Assembly: GCF_003918875.1 (NCBI RefSeq)
Contig: NW_025767048.1
Coordinates: forward strand, 186,001-250,000
Source of the DNA: Haliotis rubra
Lineage: Eukaryota
DNA length: 64,000 nucleotides
Reading direction: 5' to 3'
The notes beneath the pieces were generated by a model. That model saw nothing but the letters and a program-made list of their open reading frames with translations, searched no databases and was not told the origin of the DNA. Both the position numbers and the translations under genes were made by a program. How positions within the stretch are numbered: the first letter of the stretch is position 1; every line of letters begins with the position of its first letter. This document shows positions 1 through 13,325 of this stretch, piece by piece.

Positions 1-821
1 TTTGAACTTTTATGAACTTTTAAGGATTAGATTCTGCGTAGCATCCAATATCAATCATTTGATTTTTAAAATGGAGATTCTAACACGACTGTCCTTTCAT
101 ATAAAATATATTAATAGGAGCCTATGAAAGTTTTGAATTCCGATGTTTTCCTTTAAATAAAATGAAAAGTTTCCTTGTTTGTATTGAGTGTTATGATTAT
201 TATAAAACTGTTAATGACTTGTATATATCAGATATATACTGTAAAAAGTGCACCTACTACACGTGTATAATACATACACTGTCTATGAAACGTGTTTACT
301 ATTTCAAGACATCGTATCAAAATCAACATCCAAGTTATCAACACACCCATACAGTATTCCTGCTTAATCGTCATTCTACTTCACAGACAAGCTCTATAAT
401 AAATTCACGTGAGTGGCGTTGCCTTAGTGTTATAACAAGCTCTTATTGTCGCCCCCTTCCGGTTGCGAGCGGTCTGCAATACTCCTGTATCCCCGAAGCA
501 CGCACTAGGCATGTCTAAGGTATCCACGCCATGTGTATTGGTCTGGTCAAGACGCTATTCACAAAGTCGCCTCTACACTCAAGACAAAATGAGCGGAAAT
601 TCCTGAAATGCCTCAGACAAAATTATGACTAGCTGAATAGGATAACGCCACATTCTGCAGGCCCGTCGCAACGAAACAATTACAGATACGAGAACTGCGA
701 GCGCTTGTGAGAGCAGGAGTGACGACATAGGGCAGATATTCGACAATGCTTCTGTGACAGTCCGTCCGTCTGTGCACGTATGCGTCCGTGGACGACTGTG
801 ATAATGTGTGTCGTTGTATGA

Positions 822-975
822 AGTGCGAGTGTATGGTTTTACGCCGAATTATGCAATGTTCCAGCAATATCCAGCGGGGGACATCAAAAATGGGCTTTTA
901 CTCATATGGGGCATCGAACCCGGGTCTTCGGCGTGACTAGCGAACACTTTAAGCACTAGACTACCCAACCGCCCC
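822..975 (-). mobile_element. SINE family A (tRNA-Asp-like head, (ACTC)n tail)
   Basis: Matches other copies; TSD GTTGTATGAA. Confidence 0.85.
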
Positions 976-1135
976 GTTGTATGAAAGTGTTCGAAACCTT
1001 GTTCGAGTGTTTGTGGTCGCAAACATCTTTAACTTTAACTAGATGGTAGTCCCCATGTACGCTTTAGGTGCGTGTGCATTCCAGTTTCATAGGTATAACA
1101 TTTTTTAGTTTCATAGTTAAACTGTCGGTATAAAT

Positions 1136-2798
1136 CAGGGTTTTACATGACGCACGATTCCTGCGTATTTGACGCAACAATTTTGTAAACGATTCTCAAA
1201 ATATTATCATACGAGTCAAGCTTGACACAAGTTTTATGGGTGGCCCTCACAATTCAGTTCAATAAAATCGATTTGATAAGCAAACACGAAAAAATTGTGT
1301 CCAGGGACACGGATGCCCCCGCTGACATTCATAAGACATATAAAGATTAAGAATTGAGCAAAATTCACGAACAAGTTCAATAAACATCTATGCAACTATG
1401 AGATGCATACCTTTCGAGTCCCAGTGAAACACATGTATAAGCTAAATCAATTCTGTTGAGCAGTTTTTGTGGAGAAGTGGATAGACTTAATCCCTTATTT
1501 CACTATCATCACTATCAAGAGAAATTCAACAAAATTTATCTAAGTTCAAATGACTCTAAACATACACAAAACTATAAAATACAAAAACAATATGAGATGC
1601 ACACCTTTAGAGTCTCTATAATAGACATATGTAAGCTAAATGAGTTTTGTGTAGTGTTTTTTGAGGAGAAGTGGATAAAGTACATCCCCTGTTGTATTGG
1701 ACGAACTGGATGAATAGAACAAAACTAAACTAAGTTCAAACATCTGTAGAAGTGACAAAATTAAGAAATTGGATGAACAAGGTATGAGATGCACACCTTT
1801 AGAGTTCCAATGAAACACACGTAGAAGCTCAATCAATTCTGTTGAGCAGCTTTTGTGGAGAAGTGGATAGACTTCACCCCCTACAACACTATATTCAGAG
1901 AGAAATTCAACAAAATTTATCTAAGTTCAAACGGCATTAAAATTGGAAAAATAAATAAAATACAAAATCAAAATATGAGATGCACGCCTTTAGAGTCCCT
2001 ATAAAGCACATGTGTAATCTAAATGAATCCCATAAAGTAGTTTTTGAGGAGAAGTGGATAACGTACACCCCCTGTTGGATGGAACGAACACTGGCTGAAT
2101 AGAACAAAATTCAACTAAGTTCAAACATCTGTAAAAGTGACAAAATTAAGAAATTGCATACAAAATTATGAAATGCACACCTTTAGGGTCCCTACAAAAG
2201 ACATGTAGAAGATCATTCAATTCTGTTGAGCAGTTTTGGTGGGGAAGTAGATAGACTTCATCCCCTATTACACTATCATCACAGAGAAATTCAGCAAAAT
2301 GTACCTAAGTTCAAATGTCTCTAAACTTACAAAAAAAACCAATAAAATAAAAAAACAAAATATGAGATGCACACCATTAGAGTACCAAGAAAGCCCATGT
2401 ATAAGTTCATCGAATTCCACAGAGCGGTTATGATGGAGAAGTGGATAGAATACATTCCCTGTTTCGTACGGACGGACACCGAGGGTAACCCTATATGCCC
2501 CCCAGCCATATATGGCGGGGGCATAAAAATGATATTGTTCGATGATAGTTTGACTATTACAGGGCTGTCAGATTGTTCCAGAGAACTCAGAGGAGAGAGT
2601 AATCCTGGCTGTTTGAATTCAACAATGCTAGCGCTGTAGTGTGATTTGGTGGTTTGACATACACAGTTACATACTGAGAATGATTAACACAAAGAAATAT
2701 TAAAATTTTCATGACTCCCAAATATTGAAAATGACTCCCAATAATAAATATTGTGAGTCACCGTGACTCCCATTTTTAAAAGTCTGTGTAAAACCCTG
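1136..2798. mobile_element. Probable hAT-like non-autonomous element hosting the HINE-like insertion
   Basis: 12-bp perfect TIRs CAGGGTTTTACA (1136) / TGTAAAACCCTG (ends 2798) and subterminal TGACTCCCA repeats; TSD only imperfect (ATAAAT/ATAAAG). Confidence 0.55.
1282..2529. mobile_element. Non-autonomous Helentron-type (HINE-like) element carrying a satellite array
   Basis: Starts AAACACGA..TGTCC..GGACA..GATGCCCCC, has six ~193-bp monomers (ATGA(G/A)ATGCA at 1398, 1592, 1784, 1975, 2168, 2362) and a short ACGG microsatellite, and ends TATGCCCCC..GGGGGCATAAAAA hairpin. Confidence 0.8.
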
Positions 2799-4641
2799 AT
2801 AAAGAAAGTCTACACCAATGTTTGATGATGGCTAATAATAAAACAAACAATGATTATTCCATGGTGATGTATCTGATACAGGTTTCATACTTTTGTTTTT
2901 GAACAGTTCGCAAGTTTTCGGTGGCAGCATGGTAACGTTTTAAAAAACGTTTCTTGGCCAAATATATTTGTCAGGTGCACTTTCTTTTTCTGAACATTTT
3001 AAAACTATGTTCGGCTCGTATCTATCTGTATGTGAATGGTACAACTTTAACTATCATTATCAAAGCTACCTTCTTACCACTGGGACTTATAGTGAATAAT
3101 ATTATTTTAAAAAATCATTTATATAAAAATGGATCAGATTTTAAAAAAATAATATATTATTCGCTCAATTATCAGATCAAATTTAAAAGACTATTCGCTT
3201 GGTGTAGACAGTCTTCAGATGAAAAGGGAAAACATATTCCTCGCCTGTATCTAGCTGTTATGCGCCGGGTCTGATGTTCTCCCATTACATTAATAAAACA
3301 TGGAGCTGATTTATATACTTCAATAGCACGTCTGGTCTATTACATTTGTTGAGGTGTGATACGCCTCCTTATCACACCGCGTGTACATCGGACGTGTTAA
3401 TCCGGCACTAAGCAAATTGATAGGAAATGGATCTCTTCACAATAGATCTACAGCAGCGCTGTTACATAAAGCTGGTACTGTAGGCGAGAAACCTAAGCCG
3501 TGAAAATTATGCAATGTTGAGCCCAATATCTACACAACACAGAGAGCTGCTGTACGGGGAAATTAAGTCTTGAAACGTTCTTGTATCATACGGCAAATGG
3601 ATGGTAACGGCTTCTAAAAAATTTTTTTTACTCGACCAATTGATATATTTTCCATCTTGAGGTGTAACACTAAAATTATGACTTACCGAGTCCAGTGTTT
3701 ACCGTAGCTCGAGAGAAATACATAATCTTTTGATACGTAAAAATATAGCTTACATTAATGATATCCCCGTTGTTCATCTTTGATACGACTTCAAAATGAA
3801 GTCCATCGTATGAACAATCACAAATGCATTAGCTATTCAGCATACACCTTCATAACATTCACCGCTAAATGTTATCCGATTGTCTTTTCACAGTTATTTT
3901 CAAGTCACAACTTTTAATTGTTTCCACCCACCTTAAACAACTTCTGGAGACAACAAATTGCTGACAAATTTCGTGCCATGCGAGTTACAGCCATAATTAC
4001 ACACCCTCAAGTGGTGGCTAGTGCTGTGCATGCACGGAATTAGAGGTTTGAGATAAATGTTGGGACTGACGTCCACGTTCCACATTAATCACCCTTCCAA
4101 GAACTGATTAATAATCTAAATTGCACTAACAAATCAACAGCTGATAACACATCCAAAGCTTCCTAATGGCATAAGGACAGTTGAGGGAGTCAACTCTGCT
4201 TTCTGGATCGCTGGATCCCTGGCTTAGATCCATGCCTCTCTTTATGACACTTCCTTCTGTTCGTGATTATCGACAAGAAAGGTGCTTGCCGGAAATATCC
4301 ACACCCAGATAAAACCTCCTTAATAGATACCATGAAATGAACCCATATATTCCTGCCTTGTAAGACAATCAAAATATTGTCAGGAAGACACAAATATAAA
4401 GCTTGGAGCAAAAATCAAATCGTATATATTCCAGTTTATCTATTTATGTGGTTGCGCTGATCGTAATATCCCGATTATTCATAACTAGAATTTCTGCCTG
4501 TAAATAGACACCGCTGCAGCTGAATCAGCTGCCAATGTGTGTGAGTGATCAGGAAATCCTGGGGCATGTCATCCAAGTCATGTCTTCACGATATGAAACT
4601 GAGATAAATTCCATTGAATGCGTAGTAATCATCTGTATCGA

Positions 4642-4880
4642 GTGAGTTTAGTTTTACGCCGCACTCAGCAGTATTCCAGCTATATGGCGGCGGTCTGTAA
4701 ATAATCGAGTCTGGACCAGACAATCCAGTGATCAACAGCATGAGCATCGATCTACGCAACTGGGAACCGATGACATGTGTCAACCAAGTCAGCGAGCCTG
4801 ACCACCCGATCCCGTTAGTCGCCTCTTACGACAGGCATGGGTTACTGAAGGCCAATATTCTAACCCGGATCTTCACGGGT
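4642..4880 (-). mobile_element. SINE-like family B (no tRNA head; tail shared with family A)
   Basis: Begins ACCCGTGAAGATCCGGGTTAG; 14-bp TSD ATCATCTGTATCGA. Confidence 0.9.
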
Positions 4881-5287
4881 ATCATCTGTATCGAAAGCAA
4901 ACAAGTTAATAAAGAAAAGTACGTCATACATATGTATGTATTTCATATCAGAACTCAGTTTCAGTGAAAATACGTGTCTGTATACTTTCTGTTTGTTAAG
5001 ATTCCCATCATACAGCTGAAATATGTCACAAATTGCCCATGAACAAGAAAAATATGTTTTACACAATAGGCTTAATGGCATATTTGATTTAATTAAGAAA
5101 CGGACATATAGCTTGATAAAAACAACATCTTCAGTGCATTCTGCGCAAAACATGTTTAAATCAATTACTTCGACGAAATGGCCGATTCCAGTTTCACTGT
5201 AAGACATGTTTATATCCGCTGCTTCTTCCAGTGGAGAACAGTAATATATGTAATTGGAACACTGGCTACGAGCGTCACTGAGGGGCA

Positions 5288-5446
5288 TGAGTGAGTGAGT
5301 GAGTATGGTTTAACGCCGCTTTTAGCAATATTCCAGCAATATCACGGCGGGGGACACCAGAAATGGGCTTCACACATTGTACCCATGTAGGGAATCGAAC
5401 CCGAGTCTTCAGCGTGACGAGCTAACGCTTTAACCACTAAGCTACT
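5288..5446 (-). mobile_element. SINE family A
   Basis: Near-consensus copy with (GAGT)n tail. Confidence 0.9.
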
Positions 5447-5816
5447 ATTTCATGAGGGATATGGTCGAACATGTACTCTGTAAGTTAACATTTGACACAC
5501 AGAAAAACCTCTCATTGATGAGGAGACCATTGATGAGATATATACAAAAGTTAAGTACATCAATAGCAACAACTACTATAAGTATAAAAGAACGAACAAT
5601 AGATAACCACTCCTTCTGACAGTCAGCTAAACCCAAGGCGTTTATTCGACGACGCCATGTAGCCTGCTCCTCGAAATACATGAATAGGCCTACACAAAGT
5701 GACTGTTCGTTCCTGGAATGTAAACGAGACGACATATCTTGTTAATGAACCTTTCCGTGGGAAGATATGTACACTCGTTAGCCATTACCGCCATTTTATG
5801 TTATTTACACCAATAA

Positions 5817-5977
5817 TGAGTGAGTTTAGGTTTACGCCGCTTTTAGCAATCTTCCACCATATAACGGCGGGGGACACCAGAAATGGGCTTCACACATTGT
5901 ACTCATGTGAAGAATCGAACTCGGGTCTTCGGCGTGACGAGTGAACGCTTTAACCACTAGGCTACCCCACCTCCCCC
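5817..5977 (-). mobile_element. SINE family A
   Basis: Full-length copy. Confidence 0.9.
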
Positions 5978-7620
5978 AACTAATGAGTAGCCTCTAGTCG
6001 ATTTACTTTCGTTCCAGGACTAATAACAAATCAATAAGGTCCATTGTTTGTCTTTCTGTTCAAAACAGAGATCATTGTTTGACAATATACAAAAAACTTT
6101 GATAGATATAATGTTTATATATTCAGCATATTCTTCGAAATGGAAATAATGTTATGCAACTTTCACAGCATATTACATCCATTATTTCTGGTGAATGTAG
6201 GCCTGTCACCGCAGATAGAGAGCGGTTCAACTATTTCTTTGCTCTTACAAGATCACAGGCTGCGTTGTCGTCTAATAATTACATTGGAACGGACATGCAA
6301 TTCGTCTTATATAACAGAACACACTTCTGTGAAAATGACATATAATCCATCTCAATTTCAAAACACCGAAATAAGCTCATTCCTGATCTGAATATCTTTA
6401 ACAATGCTGATTTCGCGTCCACACCAAATATTAAATAGAATGTGAAAGTTGTCTCTGACAGTATAAAACTCGCTAATAAATATTTAGACAGGCATTTACC
6501 GCTTCGACCAACGAACCTAACTGGCTGATGTTTGTCACACTTCCATTCGGTTGTAAATAATTCAGATGCATAATCCAACACAAAATCAAGGGTGTCCTCT
6601 CCACCTGACTATGTTTTCGTGTGTAGGATAACATTGCTGCATTGAAGGACGGACGTGTCAGAAAGGTGGGTTTCCTACGAGTCGTGTCCTTTAAATAGGA
6701 TTACCGAACGGGTCTGCTGTCTGCGGGGGTCAAAACGCTATGGACACTTTGGATAGAAATAATGTAATTTGGAGATTTTCACGATCCTCCAAGGTATCGT
6801 TTGAGACACCAGATGTTTACTCTGTGTTTCGAGAAGGAAGTTGGTTATTTTCATGATTTATATATAAACGTCTCCCGTTCTGACGGCATGACGTCGGCAT
6901 ACATTATATATCAACTGACAAATCCAGCACAATTTCAGCTCCAACAATTTCCAAACAGCTTAATAGAGATGGCATTAGCAGTAAGCATATCATAGCTTGT
7001 TTATCATGAAAGCTAGTTTATTGAAGTGCATGCATGTTCGCAGTTGATATTCTCTGAGTGGGGAATAACGTCCTTTATACGATACCCTCGGGGACAGTTA
7101 TGGTTAACGTGGCGTCCACCATAGACTAAGCGGCATGCAGTTCATGGTCAAGTCAGTACGCTCTCAGCTAAATTGGTGGAAGGTACATCCATACATTTAT
7201 ACTACCCAAGAGAATGTACAACAATCAGGAGCTGTGATTACATTTTACATCTTCTTTGCCTGGTAAATTTGCTTTGTTGATTTTACAGCACCAAATCACT
7301 TATCATTCCAAAGACTGGCTGTTAACCGTTTGCACACAAAGTGACCACAAAATACCCAGTGTTGAAAACGACATACAGTTAATAATTCATTAGTAAAACC
7401 AAATTCAATAACTGTTGGTTTAAATCCCACATTCGCCCTGATTGAGATGCTTTGTCCTCGGTATGTCGATGCCAAGATTCACTAAAGTGTTAGAAGAGTG
7501 ATACCAACCATACATACAGTAACACATCTATCGTCCGAGGTTCCTGGCAATGTTTAATAAATGACAGAACATGCCATCTGAAGTTTACGGACAAAACTAT
7601 GTTAAATGTTAGACATTCTC

Positions 7621-7831
7621 TTCTTTGAGAGGCTTTTAGAAGTTGGGGCAGTAAGGAAGGATAACAATATATGGATGAACAACTTCTTTATTGCTGTGAG
7701 AGCGACGTTTCGGTGTAGGTTCTAACGCCGTTAGATAGGTTCTAACACTTGTTGATAACGGTGTTAGAACCTACACCGAAACGACGCTCTCAGCAATAAA
7801 GAAGTTGTTCATCCATATATTGTTAACCTTC
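7621..7831. mobile_element. Penelope-like mini-element: inverted pseudo-LTR pair with minimal hammerhead motif
   Basis: 13-bp TSD GTTAGACATTCTC (7608-7620, 7832-7844); inverted arms ~7657-7733 / 7756-7830; TTGATAA-C-GGTGT..ACACC-GAAAC core followed by AATAAA. Confidence 0.75.
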
Positions 7832-8229
7832 GTTAGACATTCTCATTGATAACATGTATGAACAATTAATGGGTAAGACATTTAAATACCGTAGCTATTC
7901 CAAAGGACACACACAGTGCTCACTTTCTTGCTGATAGGAATCTTTATGCATTTGAATCGGAATTTTCTGATCGCTCTGACAAAGTCCAAAGAGGGTAATT
8001 GACAGAGACATTTAACTGAAGCTTCAGGCATAGCGACAATTTGGTATCGTTCAATAACGGCAATAATAATATATGCGAGAGAAACAATAAAAAGAGGATA
8101 GCACTGTGGTGATGAAAACTGGAAAATAGTAAAGGAACGCTTGAATTTTCACGTGATCCTTTATTTGTTTCCCTCAGTATATGATACCTTTAAGTACATC
8201 TAGTCTGTTACATATTTGGATATATGCAT

Positions 8230-8900
8230 AAAGATCCATGGTGACACAACACCGTCCACACGACTGGACGTCAAGTGGGAGTATTTACACTTTCCAGTAG
8301 TCAGCTTTCCATAGATGTCAAGCAGCATTCTACAGCTCCAGCCTATGGTGTTTACATTTCAAACCTTTGAGATACCGAATGTGTTCTTTCGTTCAAGGTT
8401 AGACCCGTGAAGATCCGGGTTAGAATTGATCTCCAGCAACCCATACTTGTCGTAAGAGGCGACTTACGGGATCTTGTGGACAGGCTCGGTGACTTTGTTG
8501 ACACATGTCATCGTTTCCGACTGTGTAGATCGATGCTCATGCTGTTGTATGATCACTGGATTGTCTGGTCCAGACTCGATTATTTACAGACCGCCGCCAT
8601 ATAGCTTGAATATTGCTGAGTGCGGCGTTAAACTACAACCAAACCAAACCAAACCAAATCGTTCAAGATTACAACATTCAAGACCTCAGCATCAGCCTCA
8701 ACCTTACAGAAGGTTATATGGAAGACATATGGAGTACATTTCCAAATTTGACCCATCAGTACAAAATAATGTCTGATGCAATTTTCCATTCTGATTTTTA
8801 CCATATGTTCCCATCGGTTCCCATATGTTTCTAACGTGAGCCACCGGTGGGACAGGTTACCCTACATTGTTCGAGAACACCTTGTGCCTTCATTATTTGA
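8230..8900 (+). mobile_element. Decayed Penelope-like RT 3' fragment, interrupted by SINE B
   Basis: Broken translation FPVVSFP*MSSSI / APAYGVYISNL (8335-8367), then YRRLYGRHMEYISKF after the SINE; matches the recalled FPIVNFPFLSSNIP..PAYGVYISQL..KFYGRH motif series. Confidence 0.7.
8403..8658 (+). mobile_element. SINE-like family B
   Basis: TSD TCGTTCAAG(G/A)TTA; (AACCA)n tail. Confidence 0.9.
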
Positions 8901-11704
8901 GCGTGATTTATATAAACATTGCATGATATACTCGGAATCGTACACAGGATTGGACTTTTAGAAGAACCTTCTCAGTTAGGGTTTTGTCGCTTATCTTACA
9001 CCTACATACTATATCTCCTCGCTAAACATTAGTAAGGCAACAGCTACCATTAATACTTGTACTGGACGTACTGCAATGATCTTCCTTTCCGACAGTCATT
9101 TCCGATTTGCCTGTACATTGCAGCATTTTACTGGATGTTTGATCCGTATATATATGAATTGAGAGTCATAAATAAACATGAACCCAGTATGTCCCTCTTC
9201 GAATAGCAAATGTGTGACGGTACCGCGACATATTCCAACTCCCCGACGGCAAACACGCACATTGTCTGAACTGAGGTGACGTATCTATCTATCATCTACT
9301 ACGACTATTACATCCAAAGTAGGGTCGCCGTAGCATGATGGTGTCAGATTGTCAAGGGAGTCCCCACTGCAACCTTACCAGCTCGCGTCCAGCTCACGCC
9401 AGAGAAAGCTTCCTCGCACTCGTTAGTAATATTCCTTTGGCGAGTCTGAAAGTGAGAGCAGCACTCACGGGACTGCAAACTTGGCTTCCATTACCTAGGT
9501 GTTAGCTGTTTGTAACACGTAAAACGCCAAACATGCAGGGAAGGACAGATTATGCTGACGTAATATTAAGATAATTTGAAGTGAAAGCAATAATAACAAA
9601 ATGAAAATCCTAAATCTTCATCAAGGAGTTTCAACAATTTATACGTGGCAAGGAAGATTATATAGTACCGTTGCTTCAAAATTTGCATCAAAAGCAATGA
9701 TAATGATCCAAGTAATATCGGTTTAAAAAATGTCGCAATCACCGGTTTATGCCTGCTACCTTTGACGACTATTTTAGCAGGTGCTTGTCTGGCGTCGAAA
9801 TTCTATCAATCGGTTCTGTTGTTGGCCACATATTAATGCATGCGCATATACTCTTTGTCTTAGGAGATAAACATGTTATACTGTCTGACTTGCCAGTCGT
9901 ATTGAACAACTGGCCCCGGAAATTGTATCAACGTAAATGTTAACGTGTCCGCGTGTGGAATACTCAATATTTGTCGTGTATCCGATGAAACATTATGTTA
10001 TGACACTGAGCCATGTTCCTCTGAATCTGGTTAGCAGACAGCGGAGACAAGTCAGTGAGGTTGTTACAGTCAACACTGATGAACAAAACAAACTATAATG
10101 ATTGTTTCCTATATTTGTGACTGGGTAAAAACACAAATATCAAGAAAAATTATTCCCACGAAGTGAGAAGTCTCTTCTCAGTAACCTTCTTTTCATCAGT
10201 CCACTGGTTTTGCATTTTGCATGTTATGATAATTGTCACTGCAACAGTGAAATGCGCATTATACCCGATTGCTCAAACCAGAGAGTGTCACTAGAGTGAT
10301 AAGCATTCAGGTTTCCTACCATTCCAGCTTGTGACGTGTAACATCAATAAATCATTTACGAAGTAGTTTCTGTAATATTTAATCAAACTGCACAATCAAT
10401 AGTGTTTAGTTTGCATAGCATTGTGCCTTTTGAGGATGTACGTTTCAATCGATCAATCGAAACGCAAGTCTGATAAAAAGCAATGTCTTAATATGTTCTT
10501 CCGACCTACGACTCAGGTCATGTCATTTACTCATAAAACAACGTGTTTGACACAACGGTGCACAAAAAGCGAGATCTCTTAATGGTAGTGTCATTGAGAA
10601 AACGGCTTAAACCTGGGCTGTCGTAAGCGTTGGTCCTCCTCAAGCAATGTGCCATGAAGAACTGCGTGCGGTGCTATATTTGAGATGTATTACTTTTATG
10701 CGTTTTCAATCCAATTAGACACTTTGATTTGTTGCATTAATAATTTTTTCCAATAATCTCATCAACGCCAATGGTATCATATAAGCTGGTTTTACATTTT
10801 ACGCAATGCAAAACTGACACGAATAGATCTGTTTAACGACTCGTGAATTAGTTGTATTAAAAGATATGACGTCAACATGAACGCTAGATGACAACCAGTC
10901 TAGATGATCCGGCAAAACATATTCCACTGGGCGTGAAAAGCAAAGTAGGTGAAATATTATGACATTGAAATTATATGAATGGATCACAGAAGCTCAGCGA
11001 TGAAACCAGATGTTCGCAAAACGGGCAAGCATGTCCTGCCCTTTTGGGTAGCGTCCGCCATTCACTCAATTTGCATGACAAAATAAGTGTTTGTAAAATG
11101 CAAAATAACATAACATTCTATTAAAAGAAACATAATTCTAAAATTTGTCCGCAATAATTACAGAATGCCTTTGAAGGTGTTGACGTTGACCTCAGACTTG
11201 GAATCAGAGAAGCTTCACACCTTGTTCTTATGTTCGAAATAATACCAACTTTTGAGTCACGATAAGCAAAAACAGCTGCAACTGGACATGTCTTAATGTA
11301 ATTCCAATTCTATTCAGCTTCATACCAGTCTATATCTTATGAAGCAACAGATCGTACAATACAGTATAGTTACGACTACGAAATCGCAACATTCACAATT
11401 CCCAATTTCCGTCAGAACCTCTCCATGATGCCTTAGGACCATTACGTGACATGACTGCAACTGCGGTATCTGTCGTCCGACTTACAGGACATGAGGCAGG
11501 GAATGTTGATACACCAGTGCGTGGTGGACGAAATTCAATTACTGGTCATTTATAGCAGGATAACAACTAGATACATCCATTTCCTCCAGGCTCAAACAGG
11601 CAGTGTGATGTAATCTGTACGAACAAGCTCTGAACAAACAGCCCGGCACAGCTCTGAAGTCTACTGGATTCGTTGTTTGTAAAAACACATGCACATGCAA
11701 AAAA

Positions 11705-12149
11705 GAGTGAGTTAGTTTACTAACAATTAGTGTTTCCTCTAGAGCGTTTTAGAAGGGCGCTGCGCCCTGCCCTTTTTTCTGGCGCCCTGCCCTTTACTTG
11801 TGACCTTTTTAACGTGTCCTCGTACTTGCGTAATTTTCCGGATTTTAATATCACCGCGACTTTCCTCCCCTGGCCGGAGTGGCGAATGTTGTTTTCATAA
11901 CAATTATCAAATGCGTATTTAGAGACAGCCGCCATATAGCTGGAATATTGTGACAATATTCCAGCTATATGGCGGCGGTCTCCAAATAATCGAGCCTGGA
12001 CCAGACAATCCAGGGATGCCATGATGCCAAATGGGATGCCATGACATGTGTCAACCAAGTCAGCGAGCCTGACCACCCGATCCCGTTAGTCGCCTCTTAC
12101 GACAAGCATGGGTTGCTGAAGATCAATTCTAACCCGGATCTTCACGGGT
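11705..12149 (-). mobile_element. SINE-like family B with complex internal insertion
   Basis: TSD TGCAAAAAA; foreign segment 11721-11921 and inverted duplication 11922-11982. Confidence 0.85.
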
Positions 12150-13090
12150 GCAAAAAAAGGCAATGATACATATATGAACACAATATATACACAGACGAAA
12201 CTGACGTCGATTTCTTTGTTAGCTTGCAAGAAAAAATGAAATCAAAGTGTCAGAGATGTCAGGAATATTTTTAAAAGTAAAATATTTTCAAAAGTAAAAT
12301 AGGTCTAACTGTCGGGTGTTGCACTATTTGTGTGAAAATCCAAATGGATAACACCAGACCTACAGAGCTGTGGTAAATCTACCAAAGCATTCCACATGCA
12401 AATTTCAAAACTGTACAGTTGATACAGAGTTCAAACAAAAGGTATAATGACGACATATATTGTTGGATTCTGCTGGTAAGCAGCTAACAGACCCTGGCGA
12501 CCAAATTAAAATGGAAAATGAAAAATGGCTCATACATAATATAACCTGGGTCCAAGGTTTACTCCATACTTGAATAGTGAGGACTATTCACTGACACTCG
12601 TGCTGTCTGGAGTAAGAATTTAACGAACGAACTAGCTTCAAGGATATACATATTTGAGAGATATTTGTCCAGAGAATGACCATGAATCTGCCAGAGACCT
12701 CAAAGATCAAATGGTATCAGAATTCAGTATTTGATTACTTCTCCTCGCAGTTTGATATATTGTCATCTTATGTATTAAAGACAGTATTGCTTCAGTGGAT
12801 ATGATATATATGGCGGTGGTGGATATATTTAATAACCCATCCCTGTCGGAGACCGAGATGGCGTTCCTGTCACAGCATGGGAAAATATATCAATGTGAAG
12901 AAATGGTGTCGGTTACAGTCATTCCTAAGACAGCCATAAACGTAATATTGTTGTCAGTCAGGACATGCAGAGGGACCTATATTCTAGATAGCTATTTTAT
13001 ATACACAAGGTTTAGAAAATGCCTGAATGTTTTATATGGTGTTAAATTACTTTGACAAAGAAGGTACATTATCTGCTGTTTGTCATGTGA

Positions 13091-13325
13091 GACCCGTGAA
13101 GATCCGGGATAGAAGTGGTTTTGAACAACCCATGCTTGTCATAAGAGGCGACTAATGGGAATGGCTGGTCAGGGTCGCTGACTTGATTGATGCAAGTAAT
13201 CGTATCTCAACTATCTAGATCAGTGCTCATGATGTCAATCACTGGGTTATCTGGTCGAGATTATTTGCAGGCTGCCGTGATATAGTTGAAATATTGCCCA
13301 GAGCAGCATAAAACAACAAAGAAAG
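13091..13325 (+). mobile_element. SINE-like family B, diverged
   Basis: Same 5' start GACCCGTGAAGATCCGGG. Confidence 0.85.

Noticed and set aside
4100-4420. Possible DIRS-type RT remnant (YLCLPDNILIV; FYLGVDI)
   Set aside because: Motifs are too degenerate to support by eye.
9379-9445. 67-nt minus-strand candidate exon (..EEAFSGV..)
   Set aside because: Splice signals are plausible, but length and phase (0 to 1) do not match LRR exons.
9620-9930. Possible decayed GIY-YIG endonuclease remnant (minus strand)
   Set aside because: Requires several assumed frameshifts; not supportable without a profile search.
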